Below are positions 1 through 7,917 of a stretch of 51,313 nt of DNA, piece by piece. Position numbers and translations under genes: made by a program. The notes under the pieces were generated by a model. It made no database searches and had not been told where the DNA came from. It worked only from the letters and a program-made list of their open reading frames with translations. Positions within the stretch are counted from its first letter, which is position 1, and each line of letters begins with the position of its first letter. Source of the DNA: Candidatus Kapaibacterium sp. (GTDB lineage Bacteria > Bacteroidota > Ignavibacteria > Kapaibacteriales > UBA4661); assembly GCA_025363605.1 (NCBI GenBank), contig JANYDO010000133.1, positions 1-51,313 of the forward strand. The letters are read 5' to 3'.

Positions 1-171
1 AATATCGCTCATCTCGCCGAAAATTGTTCCTACTCCGGCAAGCTCGGAGATTTTTACGCCTTGCTTACTCAGGCTAATGGTTCCGGATTCGAGGATGTAA
101 TAACCTTTTCCACGTTCACCCTCACGAATAATAACCTCGCCCGGACGGAATGAAAGCACTTTCTGCGACAT
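1..171 (-). CDS. cyclic-nucleotide-binding (cNMP/Crp-like) domain protein, first 57 codons only; the gene continues past the window start
   Basis: My own minus-strand translation from the ATG at 171-169 gives MSQKVLSFRPGEVIIREGERGKGYYILESGTISLSKQGVKISELAGVGTIFGEMSDI. The pattern GEVIIREGE...YYILESG...FGEMS is the beta-roll signature of cNMP-binding domains. The frame is open to the window edge. It is not in the supplied ORF track because it is truncated. Confidence 0.6.
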   Translation of the reverse strand, partial: MSQKVLSFRPGEVIIREGERGKGYYILESGTISLSKQGVKISELAGVGTIFGEMSDI

Positions 172-322
172 TAACTGTTCTCCTGATGAAAAAATTGAGA
201 CGATTTGAAGACAATTATAATTTTAATGATACTACCTGCCTTTGCGAAGAAGTACCTTTTCAGGCTGTGAAAATACACAAAGCAAGACTAATAACAAACT
301 TTTTTCACGTTATCCCGAAAAC

Positions 323-1378
323 TTAAAATGTTTCTCCGGCAGCAAGCGGTATAACTCGCACCCAGTCTTTTGAAACAAGTGCTTCAGCAATTTGTACCGC
401 ATTTGTCGCAGCACCCTTGCGGATATTGTCGGAAACAACCCACATATAGGCTCCGTTTTCTACCGAATCATCCTCGCGGATACGCCCGACAAACACCTCA
501 TCGCGCCCGTCGCTCATACGCGGTGTGGGATAAACGGCGTTTTGCGGTTCATCGGCAATGACGATGCCCGGCGCGGCTTTCAAGGTAGCCGTCATCGCTT
601 CGGGCGAAATTGCCTTTTCTGTTTCAATGTTCACCGATTCGCCGTGTCCACCGAGTGTGGGTACGCGAACGCACGTTACAGCAAGACGCAAAGCGGGCAA
701 TTCCATGATTTTGCGAATTTCATTCAGCATTTTTGTCTCTTCTTCAGAGAAACCAAATTGCTCTTTGACAGTATGAAAAACCGTATTAAACGCAATAGGC
801 GCAGAAAACGGCGATTGAGCGGGCTTACCCTGCAATTCATTGTGCAACGTTTCCACACCTTGATTGCCGGCACCGCTTGGTGATTGATAGGTAGAAACAA
901 CCACACGTTTGAGACCGAATTCGTTGTGAAGCGGTTCCAAGGCAACCACAAGTTGAATCGTCGAGCAATTCGGATTGGCTATGATACCATGATGCCCCTG
1001 AAGCGCATGAGTATTGACTTCCGGCACAACGAGAGGTACGTGTTTGTGCATCCGCCAGGCACTGCTATTGTCAATCGCTACGCAGCCCGCTTTTGCTGCC
1101 GATGGCGCAAATTCTTTGCTTGCCGCGCCGCCTGCCGAAAAAAGCGCAATATCTACACCGTTGAAAGAATCATGTGTCAATTCTTCAACGGTGTATTCTT
1201 GTCCTTTGAACGTCATCGCAGAGCCTGCCGAGCGCTTGGAAGCAAGAAGTTTGAGCGATGAAACGGGGAAATTACGTTCCTCAAGAACTTTGAGCATTGT
1301 CCGCCCAACAAGTCCTGTTGCGCCTGCGACGGCAACATGATAGCCATTTGATTGATTGCTCATTGATTGATTGCTCAT
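323..1378 (-). CDS. asd: aspartate-semialdehyde dehydrogenase
   Basis: 351-aa ORF with Rossmann motif VAVAGATGLVGR, active-site Cys motif NPNCSTIQ, and a C-terminal SDNIRKGAATNAVQIAE region typical of Asd. There are two in-frame ATGs (1378 and 1363) because of a 15-bp duplication. Confidence 0.9.
   Translation of the reverse strand: MSNQSMSNQSNGYHVAVAGATGLVGRTMLKVLEERNFPVSSLKLLASKRSAGSAMTFKGQEYTVEELTHDSFNGVDIALFSAGGAASKEFAPSAAKAGCVAIDNSSAWRMHKHVPLVVPEVNTHALQGHHGIIANPNCSTIQLVVALEPLHNEFGLKRVVVSTYQSPSGAGNQGVETLHNELQGKPAQSPFSAPIAFNTVFHTVKEQFGFSEEETKMLNEIRKIMELPALRLAVTCVRVPTLGGHGESVNIETEKAISPEAMTATLKAAPGIVIADEPQNAVYPTPRMSDGRDEVFVGRIREDDSVENGAYMWVVSDNIRKGAATNAVQIAEALVSKDWVRVIPLAAGETF
1349..1378. 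repeat. perfect 15-bp tandem duplication (x2) containing the asd start codon
   Basis: The plus strand reads TGATTGATTGCTCAT at 1349-1363 and again at 1364-1378. On the coding strand this is ATGAGCAATCAATCA x2, encoding MSNQS-MSNQS. Confidence 0.95.
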
Positions 1379-1403
1379 CTGAAATCTTTTTTGTGAATAA
1401 AAT

Positions 1404-2759
1404 TTAGCTCATAATCGGAATATACGATACTTCACTCGCATCAAAGAGCAAAGCGCCTTCCAGCATATCGCTCAGAACGGTTTCGCCGTCCGTTTCCCGC
1501 AAGCGAACCCGCATGGGTGCTTGCACGAGGCTTGGCGCTCCGGCAAACTCGGCCCGGACATAATTTTCCGTCCAGCCTGTCCAGAAGCCTGTTTCTGCGC
1601 TTCGTTGCTCAGGAATGACGGTGTGCTCCGTATTGCACTGAGATTTGTAAAATTCAAATTTTTTCTTTGCCGAAAGTGTGCGAAGACGCTTAGAGCGCTC
1701 GGCACGTTTTTGCATCGGTACGCCGCCTGTTTGAGCGGAAAGCTCCGCAGCTGGCGTATTTTCACGTTCAGAATAACTGAAAACGTGCAAATACGAAACG
1801 GGAAGCTCATGCAAGAAAGCGAAGGTTTCTTCAAAATGCGCGTCGGACTCCGTTGGAAAGCCCACAATCACATCCGCGCCAATGCCCGCTGACGGCATCA
1901 AGCCCTTAATCGTGTAGATAAGGTCGCGGTAGTATTCAGCTTTGTAGCGGCGGCGCATCTGACGCAACACATCCGGCGAGCCGCTTTGAAGCGGGATGTG
2001 GAATGACGGGCAAAATACGCTCGACTGCGCAATGATTTCAATAATTTCCCGCGTGAGCAAGTTCGGCTCAATCGAAGAAATCCGTACTCTGAGGCGCGGT
2101 TGCATTTCCTCAATCTGACGCACAACATCGGTAAATGTTTCGCCCGTAGCGGCTTCGTAATCTCCCAGATTGATACCCGAAAGCACAACTTCGTGATAGC
2201 CGATTACTTCCAAAGCACGTATTTTCTCAGGGATAAGTTTGAAATCCATTGCACGATTTTTTCCCCGTGCAAGCGGAATTGTGCAAAAGCTACATTTGTA
2301 ATCGCAGCCGTCTTGGAGTTTCAAAAAAGCACGGGTACGGCTGTCCGTCTCAGAAGACTGTGCTTCGACAAAGTCTAGCGCTCCATCAACATCATCCACA
2401 AAACAATGCGGCGTGTCGGACTTACGGAAATCGCGCACAAGGTCGGTAATCTTGAATTTCTCTTTTGCCCCGAAGACCGCATCTACGCCCTCAATGGAAG
2501 CAATCTCTTCCGGCTGTAACTGTGCGTAGCAGCCCGTCACACCCACAAATGCTGCGGGCGAAACGCGCAGCGCACGGCGAATAATCTGCCGACATTCTTT
2601 ATCGGCATTCTCAGTAACGGTGCAGGTATTGATAATGACAGCATCGGTGGGCTGCCCAAAGGCAACAACAGTATGCCCGTCGCGTTCAAAGATGCTTTGT
2701 AATTGCGAGGTTTCAGCGTAATTCAATTTGCAGCCGAGGGTGTAAAACGAAACATTCAT
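1404..2759 (-). CDS. mtaB: radical-SAM methylthiotransferase, MtaB-like (tRNA t6A37 methylthiotransferase)
   Basis: N-terminal MTTase motif VSFYTLGCKLNYAETS, radical-SAM cluster CDYKCSFCTIP (CxxxCxxC), and a TRAM-like C-terminus. The ATG at 2759 (MNVSF...) is preferred over the ORF-track start at 2816. The gene ends 25 nt upstream of asd on the same strand. Confidence 0.8.
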   Translation of the reverse strand: MNVSFYTLGCKLNYAETSQLQSIFERDGHTVVAFGQPTDAVIINTCTVTENADKECRQIIRRALRVSPAAFVGVTGCYAQLQPEEIASIEGVDAVFGAKEKFKITDLVRDFRKSDTPHCFVDDVDGALDFVEAQSSETDSRTRAFLKLQDGCDYKCSFCTIPLARGKNRAMDFKLIPEKIRALEVIGYHEVVLSGINLGDYEAATGETFTDVVRQIEEMQPRLRVRISSIEPNLLTREIIEIIAQSSVFCPSFHIPLQSGSPDVLRQMRRRYKAEYYRDLIYTIKGLMPSAGIGADVIVGFPTESDAHFEETFAFLHELPVSYLHVFSYSERENTPAAELSAQTGGVPMQKRAERSKRLRTLSAKKKFEFYKSQCNTEHTVIPEQRSAETGFWTGWTENYVRAEFAGAPSLVQAPMRVRLRETDGETVLSDMLEGALLFDASEVSYIPIMS

Positions 2760-3104
2760 AGCGTCTGTAAGATAAATTTGAATTATAAATTTACGATTTT
2801 TCAAGGCTTCTGCCAAACACTTTCAAAATGTGAATTTTCCCGTCCGTAAACTTGTTCACGGATTGATGCGGCTTTTAAGGTTTTCGAGCATTTCTTTTCA
2901 GAAAGAACACGGCCTCGCCGAAACAAGATATATGACTATTTTTCATAATGCAATTTTCCTCTTGTATGCAATACTTTTTCTGCACAAATTCGTAACCTTA
3001 ACGCAATCAAAAACGTGTGTTTGACGCTCTCTCGCCGTTCTTGTGTGTGGTTGACATGACAACTATTCCCGTTATTTCCCACTTTTTTCATCACCGGAGG
3101 TTCT

Positions 3105-4406
3105 ATGAAGCAAATTGTTTCGCTTCTTCGTGCGACACCTGTTGTGCCGCTCGCTATGGCTCTTTTGAGCATACTTATCACCCCGCGAAGTACCCAAGCG
3201 GGTGGCTTTCAAATATCCGAACACAGTGCCCGTGCTATGGCTATGGCAAATGCTGTGGTCAGCACAAACGGCTGCGATGTCAGCACGATTTTCTATAATC
3301 CCGCCGGATTGCCGTTTTTGCGCGACGGTCTGTCTGTCATGGTAGGCGTAACGGGCTTATTGCCCCAAGCAACCTTTACGGGTCCGACCAATAGCAACCG
3401 CTTCACCACAACAAGTATGGATATGTGGGCGTTTCCGCTTCCACACTTGTATGCTGCCTATAAAGTCCCGCAAAGTGGTTTGGCATTTGGTGTAGGCGTG
3501 TTTGTCCCCTTTGGCGCAGGTACAAGCTGGAATGAGAATTGGACGGGGCGCAATCTGGCTCTCCGTACATACTTGCAGACGATTACCATTAACCCCACCG
3601 TTGCCTACGGTTTTCTTGATAATCGCATTTCGATCGCAGCAGGCGTTACATACTCGCTTGGCTCGGCAGAATTACGCCAGCGAATTCCAAACTTTGGCAC
3701 TGAGCCATTTCTCAATCTCAAAGGTTCGGGAACAAATATTTCATGGAATGCGGGCATCACCGTTGAGCCGGTAACAGGTTTAAAAATCGGCGTGGCATAT
3801 CGTAATAATATCAACATGAAATACGACGGGCAAGCTACCTTCACGCTTGATGCAGCAGGCACACAGCCTCTTCCGGCTGGCTTGAACAATCTCTTTGCCG
3901 ATGGCGCTGGTGGCACAGCTCTTAATCTGCCCTTCGACCTTCGCACAGGCATTTCCTACCGCTTTAGCGACAAATTCCTGATGGAAGTCGGCTTTGATTA
4001 TGTTGGCTGGTCGTCTTACGATACACTCCGCATCCGTTTCGACAAGTTGCCTGGCGCACCTTCGCGTTCCGGCGAGGTCATCAACCCCCGCAATTACTTC
4101 AATTCCCCGACTTTCCGTCTTGGTGCGGAATACTCCGCCACAGAGACGCTGAAAGTACGTGCCGGCGCGTTCTTTGATGCCGTGCCCGTAGCAGCCCAGT
4201 ACACCCAACCGATTTTGCCTGATGCTGACCGCATTGGTCTCACCGCAGGCGTAGGCTTTGCTCTCAGTGAAAACTTTACCGCCGATGTGAGCTACATGTT
4301 CGTGTACGGCTTACAACACGAGGTAAAAGGTAGCACATTCGGATTTGACGGCATCTATAATTCATGGGCAAATGCGCTAGCGCTTTCACTCAGCTATCGT
4401 TTTTAA
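3105..4406 (+). CDS. FadL/OMPP1/TodX-family outer-membrane hydrophobic-compound transporter
   Basis: Signal peptide ending ...TPRSTQA, N-terminal hatch motif GGFQISEHSARAMAMANA, amphipathic beta-strand periodicity and a terminal ...LSLSYRF (C-terminal Phe). A GGAGG Shine-Dalgarno sequence lies just upstream. Confidence 0.8.
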   Translation: MKQIVSLLRATPVVPLAMALLSILITPRSTQAGGFQISEHSARAMAMANAVVSTNGCDVSTIFYNPAGLPFLRDGLSVMVGVTGLLPQATFTGPTNSNRFTTTSMDMWAFPLPHLYAAYKVPQSGLAFGVGVFVPFGAGTSWNENWTGRNLALRTYLQTITINPTVAYGFLDNRISIAAGVTYSLGSAELRQRIPNFGTEPFLNLKGSGTNISWNAGITVEPVTGLKIGVAYRNNINMKYDGQATFTLDAAGTQPLPAGLNNLFADGAGGTALNLPFDLRTGISYRFSDKFLMEVGFDYVGWSSYDTLRIRFDKLPGAPSRSGEVINPRNYFNSPTFRLGAEYSATETLKVRAGAFFDAVPVAAQYTQPILPDADRIGLTAGVGFALSENFTADVSYMFVYGLQHEVKGSTFGFDGIYNSWANALALSLSYRF

Positions 4407-4431
4407 TGTAATTTTTCAAGGAGAATATCCA

Positions 4432-6003
4432 ATGCAATTTCATTCCTTACAATCATCATGGAAGCGTGTACTAGCAGGCGTTGTAGCCTCTACTGCCTTA
4501 ATAGTACAATCGTGTAGCCCCGTTCTTACGCCGCAGCCCGGCACCGGCTCGCTTGGCTCACTCGTTTCTGCCGGAACACCGCTCCGCTACGTGGCTTTGG
4601 GCAATAGCCTTACTGCCGGCTACCAATCCGGTGCAGTCGTCGCAAGTGAGGTACAATACGCCTACCCGACGCTGATGGCAAAACAAATGGGTCTCAGCTT
4701 CGGTGACGGAGCAGACCAATACCAATATCTCCAATACCCCGACAATGGCGGTATCGGCTCACGAAATCGCATCACCTCGTTTGATGCTACCGGTACGCCG
4801 CAGTTTGCGTTTGTATCGCTTTCCACAGCACCTTCCAATGTGGCACTTGCTCGCCCGTACAACAATCTTGGCATCCCGGGCGCACTGCTCCGCGATATGA
4901 ACCCGCCTTCCAACGATCCGTTGTATCCTTCGCGTTTTGCACCTGCGACGGGTAACCCGCTCTACAACCCGTTCTTTGGCGCGGTCTTGCGCAGCCCTGC
5001 TACGCTTGGGCGCACTTGCGTTGACCAAGCGGTGCGTTTGAACCCGAATTTGGTATCTATTTTCATCGGAAATAATGACGTACTTGGCTATGCAAGTTCC
5101 GGCGGAACCGCTGGAACAAACTTCGCAACACAAGCATTGATGCCGGGCGCTACGCCTGCTCCGACAGAGACTATCGTATTTACGGCTCAATTTAATGCAC
5201 TTATGGATAGCTGTGTGCGTCGTATGCCGAATGCAAAGTTTATTGTCGGCAATCTTCCTGACGTAATGGCAGCACCGTATTTCACGACTGTTGGACCGCA
5301 GCTTCGCGCAGGACTTATTGCTACGCTGAATAACCCCGCCGTTGTTCCGGCAGCACTCGCAGGACTCATCAAGTTAGCATTGCCGAATTTCCCGAATGGT
5401 ATTCCCATACGCAGCTCGGCTGTACCGGGCGGTATCAAGCCACTTGCTGCAGGAGATTTGTTTGTGCTGACTTCTCCGGCAGGCGTGACAGCATACGTGC
5501 AGTCGCTTATCGCTGGTATTGGTGCACTTGCACCGCAAATTCAAGCGAATCCCGCTATGGCAGCAACGATTATCGGTGCAGCTCTTATACAGAACCCCAT
5601 GCCCAACGGTCTTGTGCTGGACGAGGCTGAACAAGCAGTTGCGCGGAAATCAGTAACAGAATTTAATCAAGCTATTGCTGCTGCGGTCGCAAAATACAGC
5701 GCAAACAATCAAGCTGTTCTATTCAATGCAAACGCCATTGTAGAAGACGTTCGCGCTAACGGCTATCCGTTCCAAGGACAAAGCACTGTTCCCGGCACAA
5801 CCACTGTTATTGGCAACAGACTTCGCTTTGATTTTGTTTCCGGCGGCTTTTTTAGTCTTGACGGCGTACACCCGTCATCGCGCGGCTATGGCGCTGTGGC
5901 GAACGAAATGCTCAAAGTTCTCAACAAAACCTACGGCGCAAATATTCCGCTTGTACCGCTTGTTGACTTGCCTGGCTTACCCGTTGGTCAAGGAGCGTTT
6001 TAA
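4432..6003 (+). CDS. SGNH/GDSL-family hydrolase (lipase/esterase-like), exported, possible lipoprotein
   Basis: Hydrophobic leader ending LIVQSC. Block I is YVALGNSLTAG (Ser nucleophile), block III is GNNDVLGY, and block V is DGVHPSSRGY (D-x-x-H). It starts 25 nt after the FadL-like gene and has an AGGAG Shine-Dalgarno sequence. Confidence 0.75.
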   Translation: MQFHSLQSSWKRVLAGVVASTALIVQSCSPVLTPQPGTGSLGSLVSAGTPLRYVALGNSLTAGYQSGAVVASEVQYAYPTLMAKQMGLSFGDGADQYQYLQYPDNGGIGSRNRITSFDATGTPQFAFVSLSTAPSNVALARPYNNLGIPGALLRDMNPPSNDPLYPSRFAPATGNPLYNPFFGAVLRSPATLGRTCVDQAVRLNPNLVSIFIGNNDVLGYASSGGTAGTNFATQALMPGATPAPTETIVFTAQFNALMDSCVRRMPNAKFIVGNLPDVMAAPYFTTVGPQLRAGLIATLNNPAVVPAALAGLIKLALPNFPNGIPIRSSAVPGGIKPLAAGDLFVLTSPAGVTAYVQSLIAGIGALAPQIQANPAMAATIIGAALIQNPMPNGLVLDEAEQAVARKSVTEFNQAIAAAVAKYSANNQAVLFNANAIVEDVRANGYPFQGQSTVPGTTTVIGNRLRFDFVSGGFFSLDGVHPSSRGYGAVANEMLKVLNKTYGANIPLVPLVDLPGLPVGQGAF

Positions 6004-6034
6004 GTAGAAGTAAACGTTTCGTATTGACTTTTTT

Positions 6035-6089
6035 TGCCGCCCTTTGTCTAACAACCAGTGTTGAAGCGCTGTTTAGGCTGAGGGCGGCA
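6035..6089 (+). terminator. long-loop hairpin after the SGNH gene, possible terminator or structured element
   Basis: TGCCGCCCT (6035-6043) is the exact reverse complement of AGGGCGGCA (6081-6089). The loop is 37 nt and is followed by TAGTTTT. The stem is preceded by a T-run. Confidence 0.3.
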
Positions 6090-6121
6090 TAGTTTTGCGC
6101 CCACACAATCACCGCGCTATT

Positions 6122-7180
6122 ATGCCTCCTCTTCTCTTATATTTGCTCGAACTCCGCTTTCGTGCATTCTTCAGAAGCCTTCGTTACCTTGTTCAGCGCG
6201 ACCCCTTTGGTTTGATATTGGCTGTGAGCGGCATTATTGCTATCGTTGTCTTTCTTGGCAACAATATCCATCGCCCGCCCGTGATAGCGATTATTATTGC
6301 ACTCCATTCCGGCGTTGCACAAGTCATTCATAATCTCCGCAAAGATGTGCCGTTCCTTGCGTCGCTTGACATTGCTCCCAAGGTAGTGTTTTTGTGGGAG
6401 TATTGCATTTTGGCATTACCAAGCATGGTTCTTCTTGTCTTTACCGCATACCCGATAACGACATTTGCTCCGATACTGATTTCATGCATTTTTGCGATAT
6501 TGCCGCCCTTTGCCGCCTCTGCCCTCCCTTCCGGCTGGACAAATACTACTCTTGTCCGGCTGCGTAGCGCATGGCGACAGGTGTTCATGCGCCTTATTCC
6601 GCCATTGGCGTTTGAGTGGTGGGGCGGGCTGCGCCAGCGTGGAGGAATGATATTTATTCTTTGGACGGGTGCGTTATTACTCGCATGGCAACCGTTTCTC
6701 CTGAGCATTTTCTTATTTTTTCTCATCATCACGCCAATTGAATTTTACGGTATGGGCGAACACCGTTCTATGGCGAAAGCTCTCTATCACTCGCCCGCTC
6801 AATTTTTATTGCTCAAAATCAAGCACGGTTTTCGCTGTTATGCACTTCTCCTGACACCACCCGTAGCGCTCGGAATGGCGCTCGACATCCGACAAAATCT
6901 TGCCTCCAATGGTTTGGACGGGATGTGGGAACAAATGCTGATATTTGGAGGGGCGCTCGCCGCAGCACTGCTTGTATCAGGTCTGCTCGCCACGCTCTGC
7001 GTTTTGGCGAAATACTCCTTTTACATCGAAGGCTTGCCGTTTATGTTTGCCGTATCAAGCGTTGTTGTGCTGACACTAGCGACGCTCTGGCATCCCTATA
7101 TTTCGGTTATTGGGCTTGGGGTGAGTTTTTCATTTCTGATTCCGAAAGCAACAAAGCGCCTTCGCATCGAATTTTTGTAA
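6122..7180 (+). CDS. polytopic inner-membrane protein, probable permease partner of the downstream ABC ATPase
   Basis: Roughly 9-10 hydrophobic segments and no soluble domain. It ends 17 nt before the ABC ATPase gene. The ATG at 6122 (MPPLLLYLLELRF...) is preferred over the TTG at 6095. Confidence 0.55.
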   Translation: MPPLLLYLLELRFRAFFRSLRYLVQRDPFGLILAVSGIIAIVVFLGNNIHRPPVIAIIIALHSGVAQVIHNLRKDVPFLASLDIAPKVVFLWEYCILALPSMVLLVFTAYPITTFAPILISCIFAILPPFAASALPSGWTNTTLVRLRSAWRQVFMRLIPPLAFEWWGGLRQRGGMIFILWTGALLLAWQPFLLSIFLFFLIITPIEFYGMGEHRSMAKALYHSPAQFLLLKIKHGFRCYALLLTPPVALGMALDIRQNLASNGLDGMWEQMLIFGGALAAALLVSGLLATLCVLAKYSFYIEGLPFMFAVSSVVVLTLATLWHPYISVIGLGVSFSFLIPKATKRLRIEFL

Positions 7181-7197
7181 CTTTTCTTTCTCATACT

Positions 7198-7917
7198 ATG
7201 CTTGACATACGCGATATTTCCGTTTCCTACGGCACACATCGTATTTTCACAAACCTTTCGGCAACTTTTGCAAAGGGAGCCGTGCATGGAATTGTCGGTA
7301 GCAATGGCGCGGGAAAGACCACGCTACTGAGGACTCTTGCGGGCATGATTCCCGTGCAAAGCGGTACCATTACGTTGGATGGTGAGCCACTTACCACAAA
7401 GGAATACGCGCTCTTGGAAATTGAACCGTTTTTCTATCCGCGCATTACCGGAAGTGAGTATTTGCGCTTGTTTCAGTTCAAAAATCTTAATTTCAACGGC
7501 GAAGCATGGAATCGTCTCTTTGCGCTGCCACTTGAGGACGAGATTGCGACGTATTCGGCGGGTATGAAAAAGAAATTGGCGCTCTTGGGAATTATTGGTG
7601 TGAAGCCGCGTGTCATGCTGCTGGACGAACCCTTGAACAGTCTGGACTTCGATACGAGTTATGTTCTTATGGACACTCTCAGACTACTTGCGACGCACGG
7701 AATAACGATTTTGATTAGCTCGCACATCGTCGAGCCGCTTATCAGTGTTTGCGATACGATTACGTGGATTGCCGGAGAGCAGGATATACGCCACTTTTGC
7801 AGCTCGGAGTTTCCCACACTTGCCGCACGGCTTCGCCCCCAAGGACACGAAGCGCAAATTGCCCTTGTGAAGCGACTTTTGAGCGATTCTTCCCACGAAG
7901 AAAGCGAAGCACGATGA
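7198..7917 (+). CDS. ABC transporter ATP-binding protein
   Basis: Walker A GSNGAGKTT, signature-like YSAGMKKKLAL, Walker B VMLLDEP and H-loop SSHIV. The start MLDIRDISVSYG is at the ATG at 7198; the ORF-track start at 6925 overlaps the preceding gene and is rejected. Confidence 0.85.
   Translation: MLDIRDISVSYGTHRIFTNLSATFAKGAVHGIVGSNGAGKTTLLRTLAGMIPVQSGTITLDGEPLTTKEYALLEIEPFFYPRITGSEYLRLFQFKNLNFNGEAWNRLFALPLEDEIATYSAGMKKKLALLGIIGVKPRVMLLDEPLNSLDFDTSYVLMDTLRLLATHGITILISSHIVEPLISVCDTITWIAGEQDIRHFCSSEFPTLAARLRPQGHEAQIALVKRLLSDSSHEESEAR

Noticed and set aside
6925-7197. N-terminal ORF extensions in the track: 6925 for the ABC ATPase, 7749 for the GT-C protein, 11075 for the DUF1207-like protein, 20551 for cmk, 31189 for the second HAD and 32542 for the SPOR protein
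   Set aside because: The extensions overlap upstream genes or begin at TTG/GTG. Conserved N-terminal motifs (MLDIRD..., MKKLRL..., P-loop, DxDNT motif, signal peptides) start at internal ATGs.
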